From Bdellovibrionota bacterium (GTDB taxonomy: Bacteria > Bdellovibrionota_C > UBA2361 > JBGSMV01), in assembly GCA_041739995.1 (NCBI GenBank), contig JBGSMV010000004.1, positions 1-47,071 of the forward strand: a stretch of 47,071 bases of DNA. The letters run 5' to 3'. Position 1 is the first letter of the stretch; each line of letters opens with the position of its first letter. The notes under the pieces are model-generated. The model was not told the DNA's origin. It worked only from the letters and a program-made list of their open reading frames with translations, and did not search any database. This document shows positions 19,244 through 29,477 of the stretch, one piece after another. The translations under genes and the position numbers were made by a program.

Positions 19244-19996
19244 ATGACTTCACCCAAACCCCCACGAGTGCTTATTGCTGACGATGACCAAGACACACGT
19301 GGGTTAGTACAGCTCGGAATTTCCATGCTCGGGTACGAGGTGATCGAGGCGACTGACGGGGCCGACGCCTGGGAGAAGTTCCAGTCCGAACTTCCCGCTA
19401 TCGCAGTTCTTGATAACAACATGCCAGGACTTACCGGAGTAGAAGTGTGCCAGCGCATTCGCGCTCATCCAGACGGTGCCATCGTGCCGGTGCTAATGCT
19501 TACTGCCAACGAGCTTCTTAAAGATAAGGTCTCCGCATTCGCAGAAGGAGTCGACGACTATCTCACTAAGCCTTTTCATCTCGAGGAGCTGCAAGCCCGC
19601 GTAAAAGCCCTTCTGCGCGTGCGAGATCTCAACCAACGTTTAGCGGAAAAGAATAGTGAGTTAGTAGGAATGCAGGAGCGACTGGTGAAGCAAGAGCGCC
19701 AGACGGTGGTGACTCAGCTTGCCGGCACCGCTGCTCACCAGCTGGGGCAACCGCTTGCGGCCATAATGCTGAATTGCCATCTGCTCGAAAGATTGCCTTC
19801 TACTGATGAACGCTTTCAAAAAGCGCTTGGCGCGGTGAAAGCTGATACGAAGCGAATGGCTGAGCTGATAGAGCAATTGCGCGGTGCTGACGCCCAGAAA
19901 ACCACACCGTATCACCAGGGCGAGCAGATCCTTAATTTGGGTAAAGACCCTGAGCCAGCAGTAGATTCAGCGCAAAAGAGCGCGAAGAAGGCCTAA
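19244..19996 (+). CDS. Response regulator receiver fused to HisKA-like dimerisation domain, no ATPase domain
   Basis: VLIADDD...VLDNNMPGLTG...MLTA...DDYLTKPF; coiled coil; H-box-like AAHQLGQPLAAI; ends without N/G boxes. Confidence 0.9.
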   Translation: MTSPKPPRVLIADDDQDTRGLVQLGISMLGYEVIEATDGADAWEKFQSELPAIAVLDNNMPGLTGVEVCQRIRAHPDGAIVPVLMLTANELLKDKVSAFAEGVDDYLTKPFHLEELQARVKALLRVRDLNQRLAEKNSELVGMQERLVKQERQTVVTQLAGTAAHQLGQPLAAIMLNCHLLERLPSTDERFQKALGAVKADTKRMAELIEQLRGADAQKTTPYHQGEQILNLGKDPEPAVDSAQKSAKKA

Positions 19997-20157
19997 ACAT
20001 TCATATTTTTCTGTTCATTGGCGGCGCGCCAACCTGGAGTAGCGCGGGCACTCTGCTATTCTATGAGGCCTTCGCCATGGGGGCGAGTGTCGTTCTGCCT
20101 TTTTAGCCAAAGCTCATCAAAAGGTGAAGATCGGACCAACTTTTACTCATAGTAGTT

Positions 20158-22044
20158 ATGGCAAGAACTGAACCGTCTATAGAGCAATTGCTTGCGCGAC
20201 AGGAGAGCACACTCGAAAGAGCTGACCGCACGATTGGCAAGCTTACCGCTCGTCCTGAACTTACTCAGAGGCAACGTGCAACGCTTGAGGCTGCTCAATC
20301 AAAACAACAGGTAGCACAGCAAGCACGCGCTCGCCTGCTTGAGCTAACGTCATGGCACAGTCAAAAGGAAAGATTTGGCGCCCGGCGTTGGGAGCAGCGC
20401 TACCAGAGAGTCTCAGAAATAACTTCCATGCCGCACAATAATCCGTTTGGAGTGAGTATTTCGAACGAAGAGCTTCAGAATCGAGTAGTTGCGGCGCTTT
20501 CGTGGACGCCATTATTTCGCTTTCAAAGGGCGTATTGCAAGCCAAATGATTTTATAACACCCAAGTTTATACTTACGCCTGAGAAGAAAATTCAATTTGT
20601 CGGATTAGATGAAAAGGCGCTTCGTGAACATTCGGTTGCCGCATGTCTTGTAAGCCCCGACCGGATCTCCAACTCGCTGGTAGAGTCACTACGACTTCAC
20701 AAATTTACTGAGAAGGAGCGTAAGTCTCCGATGGCGATGCTGGAAATTAAGGCCTCGCCGAAAGTGACTGATACTCTAAAATTGATATTTGATGCAGGCG
20801 AGTTTATTCAAGGGTCACACACGAGAGTGATGGTCCTTAGGAATCCTGACCAGGCTTTATGTAAGCGATATCCTCAGGCTGCGGTTCTAAGTACCGGACT
20901 CGAGGGGTCAGTGCTCTATTTCAGACATTCAGTAGGCGCTGAAGTCGGCCGTTCTGGCAAGCGTGACCCCGGTCGATGGAGGACGGCCCCCCCCGTTTTT
21001 GCCCAGCACTTTGCGACTGTTCTTAAGGCCTATCGTCGTTCGTTACACACGGTGGGTAAGTATGCCACTGAGTACGAGGCTCTCGTGGGCGTTCTTCATG
21101 ACCTATCGAATCTTAAGACTGATGTCGCGAGAAATTGGAAATCCAAAGGAGGGGAGAGCGAGAACAGAGCTCTTCTCGAGCGAGTCAAAGAGACGGTCTC
21201 CAAAGATCTTGAACTTCTAGAAAAAGTAGTCGACCCCAATAAGAAAAAAGTTCGAGAGGGGATGCGCGAATTTGCGAACCTGCGAGATAGCCTTGGGCGA
21301 TTTAATCCGACCGCCAAGGAAGCTCAGATTCGGGCAGCGATTACCCAGATGGAGCGACGGGTCCAAAGCATCGTGCCTCTTAGCGGCTATTCTGAACAGG
21401 ATCGAAAGGATCTTTTGAAGGTCGTATTTGATCAAGGCCAGATTCTACTCGATTTCCGAACTCATCTTGAGTCACTCAATGAAGATTCGCTTCTTGTCGA
21501 GGGTGGAGACCGCCGGCGCACCTCGGGATCGAAGGGTGTTCAAGACACTTTGTCTCGTATTGTTCCTAACCGTCATAGGCTCAATGAACTGCATACCCGA
21601 CCGTTCTTGACGTTCGAACGCGCACTTTCGGTAGGAATGTCCGATTTAGAAAAGGCGTTAGTAATTGGTTCGGCCAGGGATGCCAAGCGGGCGATAGCGC
21701 AGATGCATCTGATCTGCAGAATATCAGCGCTCACCATCGGAATCTCACAGCTTGAGGAAAAGCTCTCTGATCCCAAGACGTGCGATGGAGTGACGGTTTC
21801 AGAGCTTGCCAAGAAAAGTGAAAAGCGCTGCACTGAAGGAAAGTTTGAACAACATCTTACAGATGCAGAGCGCAAAATATTGACGGACCTAATGCAGGGC
21901 TTCAGGCCGATCGCTAAAAACCTTGCAGAGAAGGCGCATCTCGTTGGTGAGGAGCGTGCCGCGCTATTTCAAGAAGCGAAAGAATCGCTCGGAAAAACTG
22001 TTCCAGAGCGTTCAGTGTTTACCTGGCTCAGTCGCCGTAGATAG
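20158..22044 (+). CDS. Large hypothetical basic, helical/coiled-coil protein
   Basis: 628-aa uninterrupted ORF; no motif recognised. Confidence 0.75.
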   Translation: MARTEPSIEQLLARQESTLERADRTIGKLTARPELTQRQRATLEAAQSKQQVAQQARARLLELTSWHSQKERFGARRWEQRYQRVSEITSMPHNNPFGVSISNEELQNRVVAALSWTPLFRFQRAYCKPNDFITPKFILTPEKKIQFVGLDEKALREHSVAACLVSPDRISNSLVESLRLHKFTEKERKSPMAMLEIKASPKVTDTLKLIFDAGEFIQGSHTRVMVLRNPDQALCKRYPQAAVLSTGLEGSVLYFRHSVGAEVGRSGKRDPGRWRTAPPVFAQHFATVLKAYRRSLHTVGKYATEYEALVGVLHDLSNLKTDVARNWKSKGGESENRALLERVKETVSKDLELLEKVVDPNKKKVREGMREFANLRDSLGRFNPTAKEAQIRAAITQMERRVQSIVPLSGYSEQDRKDLLKVVFDQGQILLDFRTHLESLNEDSLLVEGGDRRRTSGSKGVQDTLSRIVPNRHRLNELHTRPFLTFERALSVGMSDLEKALVIGSARDAKRAIAQMHLICRISALTIGISQLEEKLSDPKTCDGVTVSELAKKSEKRCTEGKFEQHLTDAERKILTDLMQGFRPIAKNLAEKAHLVGEERAALFQEAKESLGKTVPERSVFTWLSRRR

Positions 22045-22497
22045 ATCGCGAGATCCTGCCGCGTGTTGAGATGAGATAATATAGGTCCAGGGGATCACGG
22101 CAAGAGCGAGATAGATCAAAATGAGCAGTGTAATCATTGGCCGTACCCAGCGACGCTGATGGGCCTGAAACATCAGGATTCCTGCCAAGAGAACGGCAAT
22201 CAACTTAACTACGAAGAGTGCCGGAGCGGTGCCATAGGCGACCATTAAAGAGCGCAGAAAGGAATTCCCCTCCATGTGGACTCCAAGAAGAGTGAGTCCC
22301 ACATAGGTCAAAAGCCCGTCGAGAACTTGGCAGCCGACGAGTAAAAGTCCAAGTAGAAAAGCGCGCTTCGAAAGAGACCAGGTGCCTACATGAATGAGCA
22401 CTGTGGGACGACGCTCGCGTTTACCAGACATGGAGATATGTTCAGTCTCTCCGGCGACACCCCTAATGTTAAAGCGCTTCCAGGACATGTGGTTCAA
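22012..22497 (-). CDS. Small membrane protein, DUF5658-like
   Basis: QVLDGLLTYVGL...EGNSFL...FVVKL pattern with 3 hydrophobic segments; start uncertain. Confidence 0.7.
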   Translation of the reverse strand: MNHMSWKRFNIRGVAGETEHISMSGKRERRPTVLIHVGTWSLSKRAFLLGLLLVGCQVLDGLLTYVGLTLLGVHMEGNSFLRSLMVAYGTAPALFVVKLIAVLLAGILMFQAHQRRWVRPMITLLILIYLALAVIPWTYIISSQHAAGSRDLSTATEPGKH

Positions 22498-22754
22498 TTA
22501 GCAAGAGTATAATAGGGGATGGTAGCACAAAGAGTGACCTGGCAAAGAAACAATGAGGCAGGTGCGGGTGGAAAGACTAGCGGACCTCCCTTCAGAAGTA
22601 AGTTCTTGTGGAAGTCCGCCTTAAAAACCAAACAAACCTCGTAGAACCTGTGTCTCTCATATCGGGACTTAGCCATCAGGACAAGTCGCAAAATGGAACC
22701 ACCGCGCTTTGTTCTCACATTAGTTGAGCACTCGCATCAAAGCGGCCCATTGGC

Positions 22755-23384
22755 CTATGCCGCCTCGCGCGTTTCTGGCGGAAGCTCCTTTAGTCCGGTG
22801 AACTCAAGATAGTAACGGGCAAGCTTTCTTCTCAACATTAAACGTGAGCGGTGAAGCCTGGACTTTACCGCCGGAATAGAGAGATCCAAGATCTCGCTGA
22901 CTTCTTGATTCGAGAGTCCATCAACATCGCGAAGGACAAATACTGCGCGGTATTGTGCCGGTAATCGATTAATTGCTTGATCAAGAATCTGCCGCAGCTC
23001 GTTGTTCTGGGTGATGGTATCCGAGCGATGTAGAATTGGATTGTCCTGCTCAAGACATGCTTGACGAATTTGAGGAGCAAGATCCTCTATCGAAATAGTG
23101 TGTTGCTGCTTTCGCTTACGCAGCTTCATGAAGGCAGCGTTCACGATAATGCGATACATCCAGCTTGAGAACTGTGACTGGCCGCGAAAGCCGTCAAGCT
23201 TGCTATAGATTGTGGCAAACACGTCTTGCACTACTTCTTCCGCATCTTCTTGGTTGCGGCAGAATCTCATGGCAAGGTTATAGACCTTGCTTTCATAGCG
23301 ACTGATTAGTTCTTCGAAGGCCTCCATCGAGCCCGCTCGAACTTCTTCTACCAATGACGCGTCGGATACTTTTTTCTGCTTCAT
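22755..23384 (-). CDS. ECF sigma-70 factor (RpoE-like)
   Basis: DAEEVVQDVF, FSSWMYRIIVN, LPAQYRAVFVLRDVDGLSNQEVSEILDLSIPAVKSRLHRSR. Confidence 0.95.
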   Translation of the reverse strand: MKQKKVSDASLVEEVRAGSMEAFEELISRYESKVYNLAMRFCRNQEDAEEVVQDVFATIYSKLDGFRGQSQFSSWMYRIIVNAAFMKLRKRKQQHTISIEDLAPQIRQACLEQDNPILHRSDTITQNNELRQILDQAINRLPAQYRAVFVLRDVDGLSNQEVSEILDLSIPAVKSRLHRSRLMLRRKLARYYLEFTGLKELPPETREAA

Positions 23385-23634
23385 ACAACTCACTCCCTGA
23401 GAAACCCAAAATCCTTAAAGAGACATTCCGTGTCATCTGAGCGAGCGCATTCACCTGCTCTCTCAGCATGCCCCCCTTTTGTGCCATCTCAGGGGTTTTA
23501 TTTGTCACCGTCGCGTCGTGTGGCTGTAACAAATGTGTAAAATGGGCATTCGATCAGCACTTTTCCGAAACGGAACAGTGATTGAAAGGATTCAGCAGCG
23601 ATATCGAACAACGTTTTTGAGGTCTTGGAGTTGC

Positions 23635-24405
23635 CTAAGAACGTGGGTCTAGCTTGCGGTGGATCCAGCGAAACCGAATGACGTCCTTTAACATGTCTAG
23701 GGAGTCCAGAATCAGGTTTACCTTTGAACCTGGCACGTTCTCCCAATTGATCGGGACTTCCGCGATGCGAAGACCGAGTCGTCGCGCGATAAAGAGCAGT
23801 TCCACATCGAAACTAAAGCGCTCCGCAGTTTGAAATTTAAAAATCCGCTGTGCTGAGTTACTCGTGAAGAGCTTGAAGCCGCATTGAGTGTCGGCAATCC
23901 CGGGAAGAACCAGCGCGTTCACGCAGGCATTAAACGTACGACCAAGGTATTTTCGGTGCCAGCGCGTCTTGATGCTGGTATCTTTAGAAAATATCGCACG
24001 GGAACCAATCGCCACATCAGCACCGCTTTTGACGGCCTCGAGCAATCTGCTTAGTTCAACAAATGGGGTAGCTCCATCTGCGTCCGCGAATAGTCGCAGC
24101 GTTCCACGCGCCATCTGCATTCCGACTTTTACCGCATGCCCTTTCCCGTAATTCCTCTCGAGAGAGTGCGCTCTGATACCTGGGTGCAGGCGACTAAACT
24201 TTTTAGTGACTGTGACGGTATCATCTGTGCTTCCATCATCAATCACGAGCACTTCGTAGGACTCGAAGTTACGTTCGAGGAAATCAACGGCATCGAGCAG
24301 CATCGGAGGCAATCGCCGTGCCTCGTTTAGCGCCGGTACGATCACGGAGATCTGTGGAATCGCATCGGGGAGTGTGCCAGTTGATGAGGGTTCATCCGTT
24401 GACAT
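23635..24405 (-). CDS. GT2 dolichyl/polyprenyl-phosphate glycosyltransferase (Alg5/DPG-synthase-like)
   Basis: SVIVPALNE, IDDGSTD, NYGKG, FADADG, DTQCGFKLF, FDVELL. Confidence 0.93.
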   Translation of the reverse strand: MSTDEPSSTGTLPDAIPQISVIVPALNEARRLPPMLLDAVDFLERNFESYEVLVIDDGSTDDTVTVTKKFSRLHPGIRAHSLERNYGKGHAVKVGMQMARGTLRLFADADGATPFVELSRLLEAVKSGADVAIGSRAIFSKDTSIKTRWHRKYLGRTFNACVNALVLPGIADTQCGFKLFTSNSAQRIFKFQTAERFSFDVELLFIARRLGLRIAEVPINWENVPGSKVNLILDSLDMLKDVIRFRWIHRKLDPRS

Positions 24406-25519
24406 GTGATCGTGTGCTCAGCTCTGTTTGATTCCGTTTTGCTGGGTGTGCAGTCGCTGCCGCAGTGGCTGTTCCCTCGCTCTCCGCTCGTACTTGGTCG
24501 AGGGTCTTTTTCCAGTTAAACATTATTACAGCGCCAGGAATACCGACGACTAGGTACTGAATAGCGTGCTGACAGATTGCCATTGAAAGCGCGTGTTCGC
24601 GCTCTACTCCTACTGACATAAGCACCGCCGTAGCGACTGCTTCGATGACACCAATGCCACCGGGAGCAGCGGGTATGAGTGAGCTGAAATTGACCGCGAC
24701 TAAAAACAGTACGCACTGTGCCCAGGTAAGGTTGGCTTGAAAGGCCTGAGCTACGCAGTAGTAAACGAGCAGCTCGACGCTCCAAATAATGAGCGACCAT
24801 GCGGCGATGCGCGGCATCTTGCGAGGTGAACAGAGCGGAGAGAGCCCGTGCAGGAATAGTTCAAGACGATCGAGGGCATACTCTGAAGACTTTGAATCTA
24901 CGCGCTTGTGGAGTTTCTCTGCAATCTTCAGCAATTTTGCTCGAACGCTTAATACTGCGACTACGCTCACGCCGACTCCAGCGAATAGCCAAGCGACGAT
25001 CAGCATGTTGTGTGAAAGATTGGCGTCCCCGACACCCAGCGCAAACAAGACAAACAAAAAGCTTATGGTTAAACCATCAACCAGACGCTCGCTCGCCACT
25101 GTGGCAAGCACAAGTGTGCGCGTCTGTCCGGCAATCTTTGCGCCCATGTGTGCGCGCACGAACTCTCCTGCGCGGGCAGGGAGAATGTTGTTCATGAAAA
25201 AGCCAAGGAAAAGGACTCGAAGCGCACTGGAGAAGGAGAGAGTGTGTTCAGGGAACAGTTTCTGCCAACGGCGGGATCGTAGAATGTAGGAGAGTGCGGT
25301 AAGTCCTATAGCGAGGGCTACCCACCAGAACTCAACTTCATGAAGGTGCGACACCAACACGCCAAAATCGATCCCGTTGAAGGCGAAGTAGAGTGCCGTT
25401 GCAGTAATGATCCACGGTAACACTTTTATGGCGATGCCACGTAGTACACGCAGAGCGCTGGTACGGTCGGTCGCTTGAGGTAGAGGGTGAGAAGACCCAG
25501 GTTGCGTGGCAGAGTTCAT
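24392..25519 (-). CDS. Lysylphosphatidylglycerol-synthase TM domain / flippase-like membrane protein
   Basis: RSRRW, NNILPARAGEFVR, ERLVD, PAAPGGIGVIE; multi-TM; overlaps the GT2 start. Confidence 0.9.
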   Translation of the reverse strand: MNSATQPGSSHPLPQATDRTSALRVLRGIAIKVLPWIITATALYFAFNGIDFGVLVSHLHEVEFWWVALAIGLTALSYILRSRRWQKLFPEHTLSFSSALRVLFLGFFMNNILPARAGEFVRAHMGAKIAGQTRTLVLATVASERLVDGLTISFLFVLFALGVGDANLSHNMLIVAWLFAGVGVSVVAVLSVRAKLLKIAEKLHKRVDSKSSEYALDRLELFLHGLSPLCSPRKMPRIAAWSLIIWSVELLVYYCVAQAFQANLTWAQCVLFLVAVNFSSLIPAAPGGIGVIEAVATAVLMSVGVEREHALSMAICQHAIQYLVVGIPGAVIMFNWKKTLDQVRAESEGTATAAATAHPAKRNQTELSTRSHVNG

Positions 25520-25543
25520 AGTTATGTCATGTTTACGACAGAA

Positions 25544-25772
25544 GTAGCCCTTCACGTGTTGTCACAGGCCGCTGCAACCAAATCCTATGTCCGCGTTAAC
25601 CCTAAGGGGTCGATTTGCGCAGCAAATCGGGGGTAAAAATATTATCCGTTCACAAAATGCAGTCGTTCCCGTTCAGGGTACGACCACACAACTGCCACCA
25701 CTCAGGTATCTTTCAGCCCAATAACGTCCTAACACCACCACTTCATTTACCCCGTGAACCGTGAACGGATAC
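25544..25772. mobile_element. MITE-like dispersed repeat family A, copy 1
   Basis: Imperfect terminal IRs GTAGCCCTTCACG / CGTGAACGGATAC (11/13); core 25628-25771 is similar to 31964-32100. Confidence 0.7.
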
Positions 25773-25835
25773 GGACTGGGGCGACACGCTATCAGGTCTT
25801 GAAAGTCAGGCCAAGGCGGGGGATCGTGAGCGCAT

Positions 25836-26378
25836 ATGAGTACTAACCAACTACGTGATGCTCCAGAGCTTCTAAAGCGCCACATTCGTGATGTTCCGGA
25901 CTTTCCTAAGCCGGGGATTATGTTCCGCGACATTACACCTATCTTGCGGAGCCCAGACGCTTTTTCTACTGCGATTGTAGCCCTGAGTGAGCTTGCCTTG
26001 GTGGAACGCCCTTCGGCGATTATTGGGATCGAATCCAGAGGCTTTCTCTTTGGGGCGCCGGTGGCGCTCGCACTCAAGGTTCCATTTATTCCAGTACGCA
26101 AACCAGGGAAGTTACCGGCTGCGCGCATGCAGGTTGAGTATAGTCTTGAGTACGGGTCAGGCCAGCTTGATATTCATGCTGACGCGCTTGATAAGAGCGA
26201 TTCTGTGGTGATAATTGATGATGTTCTTGCGACCGGTGGCACCGCACGCGGCGCCGCCAAGCTTGTAGAAATGCTTGGCGCTAAGGTCTCAGCACATATC
26301 TTTTTAATCGAGCTTGCTGCGCTCAAAGGCAAAAGTCGCCTGCCAGAGTATAACGTGAAGAGTCTGCTTTCGCTTTGA
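25836..26378 (+). CDS. apt: Adenine phosphoribosyltransferase
   Basis: PDFPKPGIMFRDITP, GIESRGF, RKPGKLP, YSLEYG, PRPP motif VVIIDDVLATGGT. Confidence 0.98.
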   Translation: MSTNQLRDAPELLKRHIRDVPDFPKPGIMFRDITPILRSPDAFSTAIVALSELALVERPSAIIGIESRGFLFGAPVALALKVPFIPVRKPGKLPAARMQVEYSLEYGSGQLDIHADALDKSDSVVIIDDVLATGGTARGAAKLVEMLGAKVSAHIFLIELAALKGKSRLPEYNVKSLLSL

Positions 26379-26403
26379 CCTAACCCAGTAGGCGGTCGTC
26401 CGC

Positions 26404-27162
26404 TTATCCGATCGGTTCTTCGCTGGTGATGCCCCTCACGCTGCAGCGTACTAAAGAATCGAACAGAGGTTGCATGGTGTTGGCAGAGGGAACACGTCGG
26501 TCAACGTCCAGCCATTCGTTGGTGCGGTACCAAAAGCTTTCACTACGTTCCACCCTCGAGCGACCATTCCACACCGTGATTCCAGAGGCTACATCGATAA
26601 TCTTAGTGTGCAGGATCGCTTCATCAAGGCTTTTCATCGATTCCAGAAAACCAATCAAGACTAGGTCGTACCCTGCTTCACGAGCGACGTTGATGGCATC
26701 GTGATTTCCAAGGAAAAATTCGTCCTTCTTGCCTGGCCAGTCGTAACGATTGAGTACTTCCACAATTGTCGAGGCTTCTGTCCGCACCAGTTCCGATCGC
26801 AATGACCAAGCGAGCTCGTTGCCGAGACCGGGGCGTTCCGTGTTGTAGGCGGAAACATTTGCCGGGGCAGAGAACGGGAGAATTGCCATTCGCACCGGGG
26901 CCTGAGAGTGGAAACGGGTACTTATATAATCGCGAAGGACTAGCCTGACATATGCATGGTTCTTGCAATCTGTATCGTACGAGGCAGCAGTTGCCGCACT
27001 CTTAGGCCTGAGGTTGGCACAAGAGACTAGTGCAAGCGCGGCGCCGCACATGAGGATTGATGAAAGCTGGCGCACCGTCAGACACGTGCCGCGCGAAGCG
27101 AGGTGATGTGTCAAGAGTTTGACGGAAAGTCCCACTGAAGAGCATCGAAAGAGAAAGTTCAT
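26404..27162 (-). CDS. Lipoprotein with FlgO/CsgG/TolB-N-like domain
   Basis: Lipobox LVSC; RMAILPF...GYDLVLIG...KIIDVASGITVW pattern; true start probably downstream of 27162. Confidence 0.7.
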   Translation of the reverse strand: MNFLFRCSSVGLSVKLLTHHLASRGTCLTVRQLSSILMCGAALALVSCANLRPKSAATAASYDTDCKNHAYVRLVLRDYISTRFHSQAPVRMAILPFSAPANVSAYNTERPGLGNELAWSLRSELVRTEASTIVEVLNRYDWPGKKDEFFLGNHDAINVAREAGYDLVLIGFLESMKSLDEAILHTKIIDVASGITVWNGRSRVERSESFWYRTNEWLDVDRRVPSANTMQPLFDSLVRCSVRGITSEEPIG

Positions 27163-27190
27163 AAGTCGCTGCCATTAAAAGGAATTAGCT

Positions 27191-28000
27191 ATGTTCACAA
27201 GGCACCAAGCACTCCCAGGACTCTCCCCTAAAGGTTCACGGCAAGCCCCACGAAGGACGATACTTCAAGGATTGTGCCAAATCTTCCTGATTCTTTCTTT
27301 ATTGGCGCTGCTGGGAGCTTGTAGCCGTCGCTATGACGATCTCCCGGCCTATCTTCCTTACTGGTTCGACGAGAAACCAAATGAGTCAGTAGGACGCTTT
27401 AAGACTTCCTACCTTACCGAGCAAATTGATGAGTACTATCGCGGGGTCAATCCTGGACCTATCGGAGTGACCACCTTCGTCAACATTGACGATCTCTACA
27501 CCACCTCAACCTTTGGTCGCATGGTGTCTGAGCAGGTCATGAGCGAGCTCACCATGAAGGGCTATGACGTCATAGAGCTACGGCATTCTGATGCCTTACA
27601 GTTTTTAAATCCCAGCGGGGAGTTCGCGCTTTCACGAGATATTGCTACGGTTCGTCGCGAACGAGAGCTTGGTGGTGTGGTTGTTGGCACTTACGTGATT
27701 TCTCCGGTACGAGTCTACGTCAACGCGCGCTTGGTGGATCCAAGTTCTTCAGTGGTGCTTTCAGCCGGCTCAGTCGAAATGTCGAAGACCAAAGAAATTG
27801 CGCGTATGTTGCGTAACGGTTCGGTTCCAGGAACTTTAGAGCGAATCCCCGTGAGACATCTTGGGAATTCTACCTATCCGATGATGGGCTGGCCGGGCAT
27901 GAACACGCGTCAGTTTGATGATGAGTCTTCGTCAGGCGCCCATAGCGATTTCTCCCTTACTCCTCAGTACGTTCCTGGCGGACCTGTGGGAGCGCGTTAG
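27191..28000 (+). CDS. FlgO-family outer-membrane lipoprotein
   Basis: Lipobox LGAC; IGVTTFVNIDDL..TSTFGRMVSEQ..ELR..GEFALSRD..VVGTY..VNARLV. Confidence 0.85.
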   Translation: MFTRHQALPGLSPKGSRQAPRRTILQGLCQIFLILSLLALLGACSRRYDDLPAYLPYWFDEKPNESVGRFKTSYLTEQIDEYYRGVNPGPIGVTTFVNIDDLYTTSTFGRMVSEQVMSELTMKGYDVIELRHSDALQFLNPSGEFALSRDIATVRRERELGGVVVGTYVISPVRVYVNARLVDPSSSVVLSAGSVEMSKTKEIARMLRNGSVPGTLERIPVRHLGNSTYPMMGWPGMNTRQFDDESSSGAHSDFSLTPQYVPGGPVGAR

Positions 28001-28660
28001 CGTCGAGACCTGCGGCGCTTAGCGACATTTAAGTGATCCGCTCAAAGCGGTATTGGCCCCCGGTCACTAGGCCCTTTATGTAGATTGAGTGCTGAGATTC
28101 TTGCTCGGCGTGATGCTGGGTATTCAATTCGCCGACGAGTACGACCGGGAAATTCGAAACATTCAGCCGCTAATCGCTTTCAGACCAAGCGCGATTGATA
28201 GTCAAGCGAAGTTGCGCATCTCCGCTACCTGAAAGGTTGTGAGGAATGGTTTGAATTATAATGCGAATGTCGGCCCGTTCAATTTCGTGAAGTTGAGGTG
28301 CGGGGTCGATTTTCAATGTGTACCCATTAAGCTCTCGCAGAATTGCTTGAGTCTCTGCTTCGGTGGGCTCCATCCATGTTCGCGATAGTTGGTCCGTAAG
28401 AGCCGCGTCGACCGCTATTGGGGGTTCCCCGCCAGCGCTGGATCGCCCGATTTAAGTTTGGCCTTGTGTTCATTCGGCTGCATGTTGGTCATTCGCACAT
28501 CCTTGTTGGCTTTCTAAATAGAGCATCGATTCCGCTAGCGCTCTTAAGCGGTCATGGCAGAAACTTCCAAGGGTGTGCGTTTCTCGATGATTGAAAAATC
28601 TGGCCCTTACACAACAGATAGCGTCCTCTCGACAGCATCGAGGAGCGTTCTGAAGCAAAC

Positions 28661-29218
28661 TCAGTCAGGCGTGTAAAGGAAGATGAGATCTTGGTCCATG
28701 CCTTTATGATCAAGTGAGCGTTCGAAGACCAGTAGATTGGTAATCGCAATGAGGCAGTGCTCATGGTTGGGCTTAATCTCGAAGTGCTTACCTGGCTCCA
28801 TCAGGTGGACAGTGGGGCGAGCGCCAGGGGTCTCAGCGAGAAGAAGAACACCCAAGCCTTCACGGCCCTCCATGCGCTCTTCCTTTAGCTCATGCTTTTC
28901 GTAGGCAAGATATCTGCCCGAGTTTACCACCAAGAATTTTTCGACCGAAGGATCCTTACGGAAGGTAATATCCACGCCTCCCCAGGGAGTTTTGATAATC
29001 TGACCAGTGCCTGAATCGATGTGGGCGAGATGCTTATGAAAAGCCTCACCGGAAGAAGGCGCCTTCACATAACTTCGGCCTTCCTCGGTGGCGAAGCGGC
29101 AGAAGGCGTTGAAAGCCGCAGCGCTCATAAAGCCCTGTGGGGGCAACGCGTGATCGAGAGAAGTAACGAGCGGGGAGAGATCGACGAAGGTGTCTTTCTT
29201 TAATGGGCTGTTCATCAT
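28661..29218 (-). CDS. Cupin-fold protein (mannose-6-phosphate isomerase type II-like)
   Basis: KTPWGG, EKHELKEE and IKPNHEHCLIA resemble cupin motifs. Confidence 0.65.
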   Translation of the reverse strand: MMNSPLKKDTFVDLSPLVTSLDHALPPQGFMSAAAFNAFCRFATEEGRSYVKAPSSGEAFHKHLAHIDSGTGQIIKTPWGGVDITFRKDPSVEKFLVVNSGRYLAYEKHELKEERMEGREGLGVLLLAETPGARPTVHLMEPGKHFEIKPNHEHCLIAITNLLVFERSLDHKGMDQDLIFLYTPD

Positions 29219-29477
29219 AACTTTTCAAACTCGCAGCTCAGGGAGGCTATCCCCGCAATCTAAAAATGGCGAATACAAAGTAGACAAAAAAGAGGTTTCT
29301 TAAGCCAGCACTCTTGCGTATTATTCAGTGCGTGTTAAGAAAACATTAGGCCGTCGACTGCGCTGGACCAGGACGACATCGTAAGCTTTTAGCTGTTAAT
29401 CCGTAGACTTGTCGCGATATGCGCTCAGGGGAGTTGTTATACGCGACCTTAAGCCTCGAATTTTCTAAAGGTATTCC

